Positions 12,701 through 27,439 are shown, counted from the first letter of the stretch. The stretch: 64,000 nucleotides of DNA from an uncultured virus (IMG/VR IMGVR_UViG_3300028805_000071) (IMGVR_UViG_3300028805_000071); one strand, 5' to 3'. Numbers and translations: made by a program. The notes: generated by a model not told the origin, from the sequence alone.

Positions 12701-14305
12701 ATTTTTATTATTAGACACATTTTCTTCATCATATTGCGGACTATATTCGATACCAACTCTATAATAGCGCTCTCCGACTTCATCATCACTATACCAATAT
12801 ATTTTATCTACATCTGCAGTTTCACTTGCATCAGCACTTTTAAAATTAAAATCATCACTAGTTGCATCTACAACTATCATACCAATTAAATCATGCACCG
12901 TATTAATTGAACCTGCAATTGTATTAACTTCATCTTGAGCATATCCGATACCATGGCCAGTTTCTTTAGTAAGACGAAGTCCGAGCCTATGTTGTGTTGA
13001 CCCAGCATCTTCCCAATTAATATCTAAATTACGTGCTGTGGCCTCCTTGCCCAACACATTTCTTCCGCCATAAACTAAATCCCAAACACTTGCAATTGTA
13101 TCACCAATAGAAGGTAACATAATAGCAACTTCATTGGTATCAGGTTGTGCCGTTCTATTAACACTTCCATCAACGCCATACAATTGACCGCTTATACCAT
13201 TAAGGTCAATTGTAATGTTATCTTCTGGTATGTATTTTCCGGTAGTGTTATCATATTTTCAGACATTTTTTAATTGATGTTCTGCGTCTTCTGCTGCAAC
13301 ATCCCCAGCATATGTAATATATTCTGCATCAAAACCAGCTTTGTTAAAATACATCGCTGCCTTGCGAGCCTTATCTTCAGGCTTCATTGAACCATCATAT
13401 TGTCGTCTTGGGTAATGATAGCTCACATCTGAAGGATAGTTTAAACTCTCTTTTCCAACCTCACTAGTATCATTACTCCACACATCTGTACCAATAGTAA
13501 TATTGCTATCGTATATCGCAGGCTTTATCCATAAACCAGGATTTGATTGTATGTGTAATTTATAATAAACATTAGATGTATCTACGTCAAAATGCGGTGC
13601 TCTTGGTATTACGGTCGGTGCGTCTGCTGTAATTGCCAATGTTGGAACTATTGAATTAAGTTCTGCAACCATTGCAAAATATGGGGCGCCATCGGCGTAC
13701 ATTTTTTGCCATACAGTGCCATCATATCCTCTACCAGCACCAAATTGACGAGTGTCTATTAAATAATTAATTAAATAAGGATTATCTGTGTTTGCTTCAG
13801 AAACTAATTCAAGAGTATTAGTTTCAGTTACAAAATAATAAACAGTATGACGAGCAATAACTTCTGCAAATACCGTTTCTATCATATACTCAGGCTCTTC
13901 AAATGTGCCATCATTAACTACGGTATATAACGTCATATTGTCTTTAACTAAATAAAATTTATTTAAACCGTCGGCGTCTACGACAATACCACTAATATCA
14001 TCAACAACTTCAACTTTATCTAAATTATAATTTAAAGGAACACGGAAAATAACGCCCTGCGTTAAAGTAACCTCATTTTCTTCTCTTTCCGCATCAGTTA
14101 AATTAGAATATATTTTACCTTCCTTTAAGTAATAAGCCTGAAAATTATATACTTCTTTATCATAAGAAACTAAAACAAATCTGCCCGCAAATACAGCATC
14201 AGTACCATTCTCAACAGCCTCAACCATAGCTGAACGGCTACTAAATATTCGGTCAAAATTAAATTGTACTTTTACCGTATTATTAATATTTCCATAAAAG
14301 CCCAT
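9737..14305 (-). CDS. Large tail/fibre protein (1522 aa with TGA=Trp), C-terminal bacterial Ig-like domain
   Basis: Five track ORFs join in frame through TGA at 13259, 12359, 12257, 11243, 10913 and 10139. Ends with an Ig-like ELTGIRVTTLPQTTYTSGDSLNLTGMVITADY...TFNVTV segment. Confidence 0.85.
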
Positions 14306-14309
14306 CTAT

Positions 14310-14732
14310 TTACACCTCCTCTGCCTCATAAATAATATCGATTAATAAATATGCTTCAGTTGTAGGGTTTTCATCATAAGTATCTGAGCCTTTAGAATAA
14401 ACATCATCATAATTAATATCTCGCATTGTTTTTAATGATTGTTTATCTACTCTAATAGATGTAATAACCGACTGGTCATTTAAATCTAATTCAAAAATGC
14501 CAGTCTTACCTATGACAATGGGCTTTCCTACATTTGGGCTATTTATATAAACTTTAGTTCCTGGTATTGCTTGAATGCCCAATTGATAAATAGGTATTCT
14601 TGTAGCAAAAGCAGTGCCAGAAGCTAAATCATTCATTGTTAAATCAGGCGGCATATTTTGGCCGTGAGGAACGGGGTCCGCACCTCCCTGATATGTCTCA
14701 CCGTAGTATCGGTATTGATAAATTTGCCTCAT
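14310..14732 (-). CDS. Conserved tail-region protein (140 aa), paralogue of 14747-15181
   Basis: RBS; shares IYQxRYYG, LxIQ..PG and GxTGI..LDL with its neighbour. Confidence 0.75.
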   Translation of the reverse strand: MRQIYQYRYYGETYQGGADPVPHGQNMPPDLTMNDLASGTAFATRIPIYQLGIQAIPGTKVYINSPNVGKPIVIGKTGIFELDLNDQSVITSIRVDKQSLKTMRDINYDDVYSKGSDTYDENPTTEAYLLIDIIYEAEEV

Positions 14733-14746
14733 GCTCCTTCTCCTCC

Positions 14747-15181
14747 TTAATATGTAACGGTGACTATAATATGAGCATTTCTATTGGTATTGTTTTCTAC
14801 ATCCATAGTATACCCTTCATCTACACTATCTACTGCATTAACTAAATTTAAATTGCGGAGCTGTGGATTTTTTATAAAATCATTTTCAACTGGTCCGATA
14901 TGAACATGAGTTAATTTTTGGTCTGTTTGTAAATCAAGGGAATATATGCCCGTTATTCCTAAAAATAACGGGCCTAATGGTGTTTTACCGTCTATACCAA
15001 TTCAAAATGCCGCGCCTGGGTCACCCTGAATCTCTAAACGAGTTATTCCTTCACTATTAAAAAGAGGTATTAAATCAGTTTTTAAAATATCTGCCGTTAA
15101 ATCAACTGGATAGTTTTTAGGACTCAGCGCTCCAGTCTCAGTATGTGTTCCATAATAACGGCACTGATAAATTTTATCCAT
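14747..15181 (-). CDS. Tail-region protein (144 aa, one TGA=Trp), missed by the ORF track
   Basis: AGGAGG RBS, ATG 15181, MDKIYQCRYYG..., TGA at 15002 aligning with Tyr of the paralogue, TAA at 14747. Confidence 0.8.
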
Positions 15182-15195
15182 TTACTAAACCTCCT

Positions 15196-18100
15196 TTAAT
15201 ATATTCTTTCAACGGCCTTAATAGCCGAAATCGTCATTGTTCCATTATAAGTTAACGGTAAACTAATACGCGAAACAATGTATTCACCGCTAACCTTACT
15301 ATTATCATCTTGAATATAAATTCTTGTATTAGGTTCTAAATGATAAACGGGTACGGCAGTTAATGAAACTGTTTCTGTGCAATAAGAATGTTTAAATAAA
15401 TTCTCATCTAACACATCTTGCGCACATTTACCTTGCGTACTAATAACAAACAAATCTTGGGTATCAAAAGCTCCAAGCTGCATATATACATATCCAGATT
15501 TGCGCTCCTGAGTTTGTATGTCATTTGTAAAAATAACTGTAGGAACTTCTCTAAAATAAATGGCTTTTATTGAGTTGTCATTAACAGATTTTGCCCTATC
15601 TCCAATAGTTTGAATACTGTAATGATTAGCTAAATCACTGCCGTTATCCATCATATCAAACCAGAAATTAAGCGTTTCAGGCGAAGACGTAACAGCTTGA
15701 TTCCACCCAGTTTCGCTATAATCTCCATAAGAGGTAGTTTCTGAAAATGTTAAAACCAAGGTCTCTTTATCGTTATCATATTTATCATTTATAATTAAAT
15801 ATTTATCTATTGTTTCTACTTTGTACCCACCATTATATTTTTTTAACATATCATTATGCTCTTGGTCTAATTGTTCATAGTATTCTTGCAACATTTGCAT
15901 ACGTTCTTCATTAGAAATATCTAAAACAGCAATTTTATCACGATATTGATTTATTTTATCCATCCTCGCCTTTGCATAATTTTGCATATAATTTTCATAA
16001 TCTGCAAGTAAAACCGAGTCTAAATTTATTCTACGCACAGCGTGAACAATTGCTGTTCTTGGTAAATCATCTAGCGTAATTTCTGCCCCGCATGTATAAT
16101 CTTCTTTTCCATTCTCATCCATGGTTGATATAGCTCAATATAATTTACCATCTTGTATAATAGCATCTTTCATATCGCCACCGCCCAGTCCAGGAGGGCA
16201 ATATAATTGACGCCAAAAACCTTCTAAATCAATATAGAACGGCTCGTAACTAGTGATACCATTTGGATAACGCCATTCGCCATTTAAATCTCTGCCATTA
16301 TTTTTGCGTATCTGCACATAAAAGTCATCTTCATGATTATGTTTCCTATAATCTTTAGCCATTTGGTAAATAATTTCACGCCAATCGCAAGAATAAATAA
16401 CTATAACATTTGCACCAAAATTTTTATAATAATCTATTGTTTCTTGTGTTGTCAGCTGATTGACAATAACAGTAACATCCTCTGCTTTAATACGATTTAT
16501 TACTTGTTCATCAGTAATTTCTTCATATTTAACTAATGGAATATCGGGTTTATAAATATAAGCAGTAGTACCAAAACGGCGATAATCAACAAACTCTTGA
16601 TAAAGATGCACACAATTTGGCCCATGTTGATACCATCCAAGAGTGCCATCTGAATTAACATCTAATACGAATATACGACTTCCGCTATATTTTCCAAAAC
16701 CATGCTGATTACCATCATATGTAAATGTCGAAACATTATCTATTCCACCACGCCCTAAGCTCGATGTATAAGTATGTCCAATTATTGGTTCAGGAATCAG
16801 ACTATTTAAATTTGTAAATGTTACTCCTTCTTCTACATAGTCTCCAACTCGACCTTCGGGATATTCCCCCGTAAGTAATTTATAATATTCCGCCCAGTCT
16901 AATACATTTCACCAATCTTCTGATAACTGAACTGCGTTGCGAGTTTTTGTATAACCAGCTTTCTTTCGTTCTTGTTCTTCATAAACTTCTTGTTTCATAG
17001 AAGTTATCATTTCTTCGAAACTATCAGAGCCATCAGCAACTTTTTTTCCGTTTATATAAACTCCTTCGAGATTTTCCGTGGTTCAAACAAGACCTTCATA
17101 TGTTTTATAATAAGTCGGTTTCTTACCAATAGCATAACGCATATGTATTGGCAAGCTAGCGCCACTAACAGATTTACGTTCGCCCCAAAGAGAAAAATCA
17201 TTTTTGATATTTAATAAATCTGGTGTATTAGCAAAAGCAGTAATTAGTTCATTATTATCAAATACCCAAGTATGCGCTGAAGTATAGGCTTGATTTTCTA
17301 CATAGGTGTTTTCTTCCATGTACAAATCATCGCTACCAGCCTCGCTAGATACTATTGGATTAAATTTATGGTCTATAAAGTTCATTTTCTTTTGAAATAC
17401 AAAATGTCCTTCTAAATCATAAAAATATTCAAATTCGCCAAGCATCGTAACAATTTTATCTAAAATACTTGTTAAACTTTCGCCAACATTACCAACTAAA
17501 TCTCCCGCATAAATAATGTCCGTAGTACGATAACCACAGGTTTGTCCATAACTAATTTTCGCTACAGTAAATGCCTGCGTGCCAATAGTTGTCTCGCCAG
17601 TATTAGGATTTGTATCAACCGAATAAAATTCTGTTGGCACATAAGTATCATTACCATAGCCTTGGCGCTGAGTTCTTGTATCTAATTTATATTTTGCATT
17701 AGCATCTTCACTCAAGTCTTCAATCATAATTGTAGTATCTTCATCAACCGGTTTAAGTTTCATTTTACCATCAGCGTTTGGCGCCATTTGCGCACCAATT
17801 ACTTCGCTAGTAGCAGCATCAATAAATAAATACATCGGCGCACCACCAACATATTTTAATAACTCTAACCCCAAATCATCTAAATCATTTACCATAATAT
17901 TACCAAAAGGTTCACCGGCATATTCATGCACAGCTTCTTTAATAATATACTTGACAGGTAATTTAGTGATTGTAGTGTTGCCATTGGCTACGTCGTAGTA
18001 CTCCTCAGTATCAAATGTAATAGATGCAAAGAACGACCCATTAACTTGGCCATTCAATAAGCACATCTTATCTTTTCCCTGTAACGAAATTGTATAATTA

Positions 18101-18516
18101 TTAGTTGTATAAGATACACTAAAATTAGTAAATAAATATAAACCCATAGGGAACCAAATAATATCAGGATAATTTTTATAAGGATAAATATATCTATTTA
18201 CATCATCATCCCAATATTCATAATTTTTTATCATCTCTGGCAACGTAAGGCCAATTTCTAATTTAAATTTATTATTTAATCCCCAATAGTAATCATTAAT
18301 ATTAACATCTTGCGCCACCATACTTAATGAGCAAGAACGACGCATACTAGAAGTTCCGTCTACATTGACAGAACCTCCAGTAACACGACCTTCTACACAC
18401 TCTATTGGGCGCTCATCAAATGTTAACGCAGTCACCCTAGCAAATACCTCCCTATGACGGAAGGAATAGAGTTTCTTAAGAAACTCTGTATCTAATAAAG
18501 GATTAGAGGCGGCCAT
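15196..18516 (-). CDS. Tail tip/baseplate hub-like protein (1106 aa with TGA=Trp)
   Basis: In-frame join through TGA at 17083, 16909 and 16135. N-terminal GSVNVDGTSSMRRSCSLS and C-terminal VPVYHLEPNTRI...GEYIVSRISLPL are typical of phage tail hub proteins. Confidence 0.8.
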
Positions 18517-21500
18517 TATTTATTAACCACTCTGTTAATTCTGCGTCAAGAGTTGTTAAAAATTCTTGATATGCCTGCTCAACTTCATCCTCGCTAGGGT
18601 CTAAAGATTCACCTGTGCTGGCGATATTCGCAGCGTATTCATTAACTTTCTTTTCTCAAGCTTTCTTCTTTCGATATGATTGAGTGCCTTCTGTTGTTTC
18701 AAGATTATAAATTGATGTCTTTAACATATACACAGCCGTAGTTGTTACACCAACGCCAGTAAAGAAATCATGCTCTGGGAAAGCTTGTTTAATAATAATT
18801 TCATCAGTATCTTCTAAGTCTAATATCTGTACATTATCTTCTGAAGGAGTAGCGCCATATTGTCCAACAGCTTTATCTTCAGTTTTATAGCGTTCAACCA
18901 TCGCATCCCATTCGTCATAGTTATAAGCATCTCTATCAAAATCAGCAGCACCTATATCGATATAAACTTTAGTAGAATAATCCTTTTCAAGAATTACTTC
19001 AGTAGTATTGCCGTCTACATAAACGCTGGCAATATCATGCAGTCGACCATCCTCTTCAAAATATAATTGTTTATTTATTTGTTGAGGGTGTGCCATTAAA
19101 ATAATTTTATAAAGTACAGCAGGGTTTAAATTATTACCGCCAACAGTAACGCGTTGTTTTAAATCTCTGTCTAAATATAAATAATTATACATTATATTAT
19201 TTAAGAGAGGATATTTATGGTCAACACTGCTATCTCCAATCACATTACCGCTAATAAAATTATCTACATTATTTAATCCTTCTTCTTCTCAACGAGATTC
19301 TACTACTTCAAAAAATGTGTCTTTAGTATATTCTGATTTATTAATATCTGGGAAATTTACCATATTCCAAAAATATTGTTTAACATCGAAATATAACGGC
19401 TCCATTTCACGTTTATCAAAACGCAATTCTAATAAACGCCAAATACTTCTCTTAAATAAATCAGTATCTGCTCTGCTGGCGCTCGGTAAATAATCTTGCA
19501 ATGCCCAAAGAAGATTAAGATATTTATATTCGGGCTTATTATCTACATATTCAATACCAATATACTGGCCATAAATTTGTTTTACTTGCGCTTCATCAAC
19601 TATAGAATCCTCAATCAACGCAAACACATTTTCAATCGGTTCCTCATATGAGAATATAATATTCGCATTGGTATTGCGCCATGCTTCTATATTATTTACT
19701 ATGCCATTTGGAGTTTCAATTGTTTCTGGGTACGTAATAGATGTAATAATATCTTCTGTTACAAAATGATAATTACCAGTAGACCCAATTCGAATGTATG
19801 TTGGAAGAGGATTTGTAGCTAATTTAATTTCAATCATAGTACCAGGCACAAAATCAATTAAATTAACTTCACTGCATCCGCTTGCGCTATTCTTTAATTT
19901 ACTTAACCAATTACCAGTAATAGCTTCTGCATCAATAATAGGCTGATTATTACTATCTAATATAAGTTTATCATCTTCATCACGCTTATAAAAATCAGAT
20001 ATGGTAACAGTGCTCCATTTGGGTACTGTAGCAATAAAGTCTTTTTTCTGCGTTAAGCCATACTCTTTTAATTTTTCATAACTATATTTCTCAACCTCAT
20101 AAGCCTGAGATGTAAACGTATGTAACATACGACCAACAGTATCATTAGGACTTAATGAAGTATTTAATAAACGCACAATATAATTACCCTCTGCCGGCGA
20201 ACGGAATAATTTAGGCTTACCATTATTTAACCAATCTAATACAGTTAACTTAAACCAGCGCTCAGCCGCAATATTATAATTTAATAAACTCTTATTAGGG
20301 ATATGCGGTATAGTTTCTGTTGCCTCCCAAGCAGTTAGTTCAGGGTGGCTTTGTGTAGAACTTACATAATTTAAATCTACCGCTTCGGTTTGATTTCTAT
20401 GTTGCTTATCAGTTAATAAACGCATTTCTCCTTTAGTCATAAATAATTCTTCGTCGTCTGACCAATAGGAAATTAAACCACTAATTGGAAATTCTTTGTA
20501 ATATACAGCCCCATTTCTAAAAATAAATGGGAACTGACTTCCAATAGTATCAAGTTTACTTTCTAATACGTCAATTTTAAAACTCGAAACTTTTGGATTA
20601 TATTCTATTTTTAATTGGCGAGTTCCGTCAAATAAGAACGCATGTTCAAAATCTGCATAAATAGAATTGCTGGTAATACGTTCTGAATATAATCCGTTAT
20701 CATTATATTGTTGTAAACCATAAATATAAGTTTTACCTTGTTCAATAGTAAAGTCTTTAAAATTAATATCGCTTGGTAAAACTGATTGTAAATTTTGACG
20801 TTGAATTTCTACCCAATGAGTTGGGTCAGATGTATCTAAACGAGTTAATACAAAACCACCAGTAAGCGGTAATGTTGCTGTTGGCGGATTATTTTGCGCT
20901 TCAAGTGCTACATATCCATTGTCATAATCTAATGAAGCAGTTAAAGTAATAGGGATATCCATCGCAGCATTATTTCTCGCTAACACTTTATATTTATAAG
21001 TTTTTAATTGTATATTATTAACAGTATTCACAATATATTGGATATAATGAATACCAGTGTTACTCAAATCATTTAAACATTCTCATTGGTCAGAAGATTG
21101 ATTAGCAGTTACGTCATTGTCAGAACGATGAACGCATGTGCCAGAATCTTCTACGATATTATCGGCACTATCGGTAATAACAAAACGATAAGAATATTCT
21201 TTTTCTGTTGGGTCATCAGGACCGGGCATGTAAGTACCCACGAAACTGTGGTTAAAATTATTAATTTTTAAAGTATCTAAACCTTCAATGGTTATACTTG
21301 GCTTATCGGTATATTTCACCACACCAACAGTAGAATAATACCCAATTACGCCATACGTATCTATATAAGCGATTTGTATTTTATAAAATTGTCCAGCGTT
21401 TAACTTCTCTATGTATTTTGATAAATCAAAAATAACTGATGGGTTAGTGCCACCCCATCTAATTACTCCGTTGTCAATTTCAAATAAAAAGGAATTACTC

Positions 21501-21640
21501 TGAATAGTTTTGACCTTCAGAGTAATTCCACTAACTTCTTGTCGTCCAACGGACCGGTTCATAGAGAAAGGAACTGTTAAAACAGTTCCGTAAAAGGCTG
21601 GAATTGACCCTTCTATACTTGGGGGGTACAATTTAGCCAT
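18503..21640 (-). CDS. Tail-associated (distal tail-like) protein (1045 aa with TGA=Trp)
   Basis: In-frame join through TGA at 21083, 19289 and 18656; ends TAA at 18503 overlapping the next start; WLNNGKPKLFRSPAEGNYIVRL motif. Confidence 0.8.
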
Positions 21641-21658
21641 ACCTTTTCCTCCTTTGTT

Positions 21659-21838
21659 TTATTTTTCCTCTTCTTGAGGTGCTAGCTCTTCAGCGGTAGT
21701 ATTAACATTTACTGAAGCCATGAGTTGCTGTAGAGCTCTTAAAACATCGGCCATAATAATTGTATTTTGGCCTTTCGTGTCAATAGCTTGTAATGCATTA
21801 AAAATCTGTGTTAATACATCGTACTGTGCTTTTGTCAT
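21659..21838 (-). CDS. Small hypothetical protein (59 aa)
   Basis: AAAGGAG RBS, MTKAQYDVLTQIFNALQAIDTKG...EEEK*, fills the gap exactly. Confidence 0.7.
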   Translation of the reverse strand: MTKAQYDVLTQIFNALQAIDTKGQNTIIMADVLRALQQLMASVNVNTTAEELAPQEEEK

Positions 21839-21868
21839 TTTTAGTTCTCCTTTTTCTCTGATTTATTT

Positions 21869-22114
21869 TTAATCGGCTATTTCAAGATTTTGCGCCATAT
21901 CGCCCAAATCAACAGACCCTGTTACAGTATTTTCTTCTTCGGGAATATTTTGTAATTGATTTATCTGTTGTTGATAAACTAAATTATCATATATTTCTTT
22001 TACTTCTGCGGTAGCCATCTTTAAGATATAATACGCTTCAGTAATTTTAATACCCGAATTATTTATTAAATCTCTTAAAGATTCTTCAAATTTTTTACAT
22101 TCTATTTCGCCCAT
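21869..22114 (-). CDS. Hypothetical protein (81 aa)
   Basis: RBS GAAAGG, co-oriented in the operon. Confidence 0.65.
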   Translation of the reverse strand: MGEIECKKFEESLRDLINNSGIKITEAYYILKMATAEVKEIYDNLVYQQQINQLQNIPEEENTVTGSVDLGDMAQNLEIAD

Positions 22115-22130
22115 AAATATTTATACCTTT

Positions 22131-25100
22131 CTAATGTATTATCTTATCATCATTTGTAGCATTATGAACAATCAAGTTGTTTGCAAAATAAGTCTTGTTT
22201 TTTGGAACAACAATATTGTATACTTCATAATTTTCTGCATATGGTTGAGCTATAATTTGTTTAATACGATATGTTTCATTATTTATACTCAATACCTCAT
22301 CTCCAGTATGCAAAAGTTGCGTCCTAACTTTATGCTCTTTATATGCCATCTCTATATTTAATGCTTTTCACCCTTCTGTAGTTAATAAAGGATGGCTACC
22401 AGTTAAACTTAAAATTTTTCCATTTTCCAAACAAATATCATAAATATAATGACTTGGGAATGGTGTAGCTCCGATACTTACAACAGCAGGCTCATAAGCT
22501 TGTGTTTGTTCATTATAAGATAATACTATATCATTATTTTCAATATTTTCAATATTTTTATATGAATAATCCGCCATTAAAATTGGAGTGCCTTTAAGAA
22601 TGCATCCGCTATCGCCACCACCAGAGCCACCTCCACCGGACGAAGGTAATGTTACACCATTACCCCATGCAGTTTCTGAAGTAGACCCATGTTCATATGA
22701 AGCAGACATACCAAACCCATAAATCGTTTTATAAGTAAATCTAGCCTTAGCAGATAATGTATTACCATTAAGCGACAAATCAATTCCTTTAATTATACCT
22801 ACGACATTTGTTGTATCATAATTAACAGGTTGACCACCTAAATATAAATTGTCAGCGTGTACCTTACTACCAATAACAGTACCGCCGCTAATAGTACTAC
22901 CACTAACAGTACTAGCGCTAATGCTGCCAGAAAAAACACCACCACTCGCATATAATATACCATCATTTGTCACTCCAAAGTTAGGACCAATTGTAAATCT
23001 TCATACAGACGCTCCATTATGTCCAGCAATTTGACGGCTAAATACACCAGAAGATAATCTTACGTCGCCACTTTCTGGCGCTTCATTAAAATTACGGCCT
23101 AAAGTACCTGTATATAAACTATTTGCATTAATTTGCCAACCGCCAATTTCGGCAGATGTAGAAGTTAATTTACCTGCTGAAGTAACTTTAAATTTTGGAT
23201 TGGTTGAATTTGGAATATAAATAGTACTACCAGTAATAGTACCAGAGAAATTGCCTTCTTTAGCATATAACTTGCCATTAGTATCTACACCAAAATTCCC
23301 ATGAGAATATAACACTCAACCATTACCAGTTGGGTCATTACCATTTACCCTAAATTTTTTATCATCATCATCTGTATTTAATACATATCCAGTAGATGAA
23401 ATTAATAATGCGCCATCTTTACCGCCCTTAAATGATTTAAAACTTCCATCTTTTAAATCAATCTTAGTACCTTTAGAACCTTCGGTGTATCCTTCGGTTT
23501 GTAAATAATACCCATCATTACCAACATGTAATATTTGTTTTTTTGAATTGCCAGAGCCTCCCGGTGCGACATTCGCGTTAACAAATACTTCCAATAAATG
23601 GCTCGCGTTACCACTCATGGTTATACGATTTATTTTATTGTCCTCAGAGGCTGGATTAATAATATCAATATATGGGGCATCCATCGCAGCGGTGCCGCCT
23701 CGACGTGAAGTAGTCCCAAGAAAGTCAAGTTTCATACCTTTTTTACTATTACTAGTATATCCAGCATTTTGAACTGTGCTTTCTCAAACATCATTTTTAT
23801 CTCCATCTTTTACCCCAGCTTTAAACATTAACTGCGCTTGAGAACTATCGCCTAAATAAGCGGTACCATTAGTATTAATACCAAAAGTATGATGCCCATT
23901 ATGCCTTCCATATAAACCATATCCTGTTTCATAGGATGGGGCTGCATTAGGATTTTTTTGTGGGTCTTCGCCTTGTAACTCGCCCATAATAACACCAGTA
24001 AAACTATTATCCGGCTCCTTTTTACCAGCAAATACAGCGGCTGAAGCAATACGATTTGCTTTAGTATCTATTTGCAGTGAACCATCTCATTGATTAAGGA
24101 ACGTATTAGTAAATACATCACGAGTAATAAGAACTGGTTGTGCCCATAAAGTTTGATGGCCATTAGTATCTGTCATCTTTACTGACATTTTATAATTTAC
24201 ATCCGCATAATACATCGATGGTAAAATTAAAGTCGCTAAATGCTCTCGCTTTTCCTGCTCTGGGCCACCAAGTTTTATATTAGACAAATATGGTAAATCA
24301 CTATATACAACATTTTTATGATTTACTACTGCTACTTCAGGAATTCCATCTGTGGCATCATACACCGCTATAGTTTCTTTATGCTCATAAACGCCTACGT
24401 CATAATCTAAACCATAACTATGTTCTCGGCTTAAAATTTGATATTTATCTTTACTTGAAACTGCAGGCGCCGTATTTGTATAAGTATATACTACGCGTGT
24501 TGTGCCAACACACCCAATATATTTTTCATCAATACGTATTGGTATTAATAAATATTGATTATATTCACTATTGTTATAAGTAGCCGTACATTTTATATAA
24601 GCACCTACTCAGTCATCTTCAGTAATGCTATTTTTGGCACGGCGGTCACTTTTAATCTGTAATCGATATTCATATTTTTTTGGGTCCTCTGAAATCGTTA
24701 CAGTCTCAACCGTAAATATATTCGCATGACTTAAATTACCAGTAAATTGTTCTACGTCCCAAGTATACGTAACTTCCGTTTCTGGTAAAGCGCTATTACG
24801 TTCATCATATAATTGGGCAAATAAAGTAATATAACTATTTTTATCATGCCCGCTTGTCCAAGCCGGCACATCTTTTTCTATCAATAAAGGTGGATTATCA
24901 GCAGCATCAAGCGGCGGATTTGGGTCTTTCCAATATTCATCGCCTAATCGTACAATCAATGAATACTCTGTGCCATTTGTGCCATGGGCTCCAAATGTTA
25001 AATCAACCGATTTTTCATATAATTTACCATCTCGCAAAATTTTGCACATAATGGTATTATTCATAAAATGTTGGTTCCAATACTCTTTAATACGATAAGG

Positions 25101-27359
25101 AATCGAAACTTCCCCGTTCTCTAACTTCTGCCAACCAGTTACATCATTGTCTTTATTATCACTATTAATTTGTGATTCAAAAATATAACATGTGTCTCAA
25201 GTTTCTTTAGAATCAATATCTGTATCACGGCGACCTTCTTCAGGGTCTTTTAATTCTCAACCATTCTTATTTTCATTATATACTGCAATTTTCCCGTTTA
25301 ATGGTTTCCATGTAATCACTGAATTAGATGGTACATAACGTGGGCCTGTTGCAGCCGTACTTCGAACATATCCAGTGAAACACACATCTTTTCAATCTGG
25401 CTCAGAAATCATCGTCTTATTTTTTGGAATGTACCAACGAATTTTATTTCTTGTTAAATCAGTTTTCTTATCTATATAACTTTGAAACCTACCAATAACA
25501 TAACGTTTTACACGAGCATCAGCAGAATTTAACATTTTTGCTTGACCAGATGTTGCAGTATCATAAATTAAATAATTTCCGTTATGACCATCATCATCAA
25601 ATTCTAATTTTAAAGAATTTAATGTATCTAATGAACCTCAAGTTTGGTCATCGCCATTTCTGAAAGTTAAATCAATGCTCCAATAGCGTTGTTCTCTATT
25701 AAAAGCGTCATGGTTATCTAACACTTGCTGCGCTTCTACCTGTTTTTCTTCGGAATAATCTCCGCCGATATTAGCTATTACTGCTTTTGCGCTAGCTACA
25801 TCTGCCTCTGTTGGAGCAGTTCGCCCATCTAGTCCACTATCAAAAAGTATATAAGCGACTTTAAATCTTTCATATCCAGCATCAGCGTCATTTAATCTAT
25901 AAGTACGATTTGTATCAGTATATGCAATGCCATCTTTTTCAACTAACTCATAATCGCCATATTTATTAATTTGCACTACTTTGCCAATATCGCCTTGGTC
26001 AGTAATATCTTCCCAGCCAGACCCGGCACGCCAATCATTTTCTGTACTTAACGGATTATAAACGTACCAACGCACAGTGAACTCTCCTGGTATCGAACCA
26101 GTTTCCATTAATTGTTGGTATACTGAATTATTACCTAAACTATTTAACACATAATGTTTGCCAGCTTTATCAGTATGAATAAACTTAGCAACTAATGTCT
26201 TATCATTAATATCTTCAGGATTTCCATCCTTAACAATAAAATTAGCACTATTTTGGCTATATAAATAAGCGCCCGTGCTTAAATTATCAGCAGTATGCCC
26301 AAAGTAAATAGATAATTCTTGTACAAATAAATTATCTTCTAATGGCGCGGGGTCAATATCTCTTTGATTGATATCGACAAATTTACCAGCCTTCATAGCA
26401 TCAACATTACTTATGAGATTTCTTTTATCGTGCTCATCATAGGTCTGGAAAAAATAAACATCTATATTTTTAATTATAGTAGCACCGGGGTCATTAATTT
26501 CGAACATTTTACTTTGTTCAAAAAACATATCATATCCATAAGGATTACCCCACATATCATCACATTGTAAATATAAATGGTCAGTAGATGGGTCATATTC
26601 CTCAGTTTGACCCCCATTTTCGGTGCCGATTATTTTTTGCTTTACACTATCAATTACCAAATGTAATCCATAATTACCACGCATTATTTCTAATCCAGCA
26701 ACATCTGTTTTAAATTTCGCAGATACGCCAAATGCAGAAAATCCACCGATATCTACAGCACTTGCTTTTGTCATATCGATAGATGCTATTAATATACTAT
26801 CATTTTTATCTACATCAATAACTTCACTGGTTGGTTTGCCTTTGTCGTCTAATTTATAAACTTTAGTAAAATTATTAGTTTTTAAACTATATCTACCCCT
26901 GCTGGTATTCGGAACTATATCTTCTGTAAGTCTTACAAAATTTTCTAAAGGAGAAATGTATACAAAAGAATCTCCGACATCCCCAACTTGTCGGCTAATA
27001 ATTGTTTTTTGATTATTATAATCACCACACGGAATTAAAACCCAAACTCTTTCGCCAGTGCGATAAGCATTCGCCTCGCCTTTAACAAGATATTTGGCAT
27101 CGCCTTCCGAGACATAATAATCCCCAGCTTCAACATTGGTTCAATCAGACTCTAAGATGGTACATAAAACCGTCTTATCTAAATGTGCCTGTTGAATCCT
27201 AGTTGTAACAGTGGTATCGATTGCCTGCAAAAGAGATTCAACATAATCTGGTGTTTCTTTTCGCAAAGGCTTTAATATCTTAGGCTTACTTGGATTTTCG
27301 TCTGTAATAAGACTATTATATCCAGGGTCTGTTATTCCAACCTTAGGTCTTTGTGCCAT
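22131..27359 (-). CDS. Large tail spike/tip protein (1742 aa with TGA=Trp) ending in a Hint domain
   Basis: Nine track ORFs join in frame through 11 TGA (27141, 25638, 25392, 25257, 25197, 24609, 24087, 23784, 23316, 23001, 22368). Gly-rich beta repeats (FGVxxxGxLYA..GxFSGxI). Lies directly downstream of the tape measure gene. Confidence 0.85.
22161..22604 (-). other. Hint (mini-intein / bacterial intein-like) self-processing domain, 148 aa
   Basis: Block A CILKGTPILMAD, block B LTGSHPLLTTEG[TGA=W]K, blocks F/G VYNIVV...YFANNLIVHN; +1 residue is Ala. Confidence 0.85.
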
Positions 27360-27392
27360 AGTTTTTCCTCCTTTTCCTCTTAATATTCTCCT

Positions 27393-27439
27393 CTAATTTT
27401 ATATCAAAAGCAAATAGTATAAATTATAGGAATCAGGCC
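27393..27439 (-). promoter_or_regulatory. Candidate phage late promoter motif, copy 3
   Basis: GGCCTGATTCCTATAATTT...TTGATATAAAATTAG. Confidence 0.55.
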
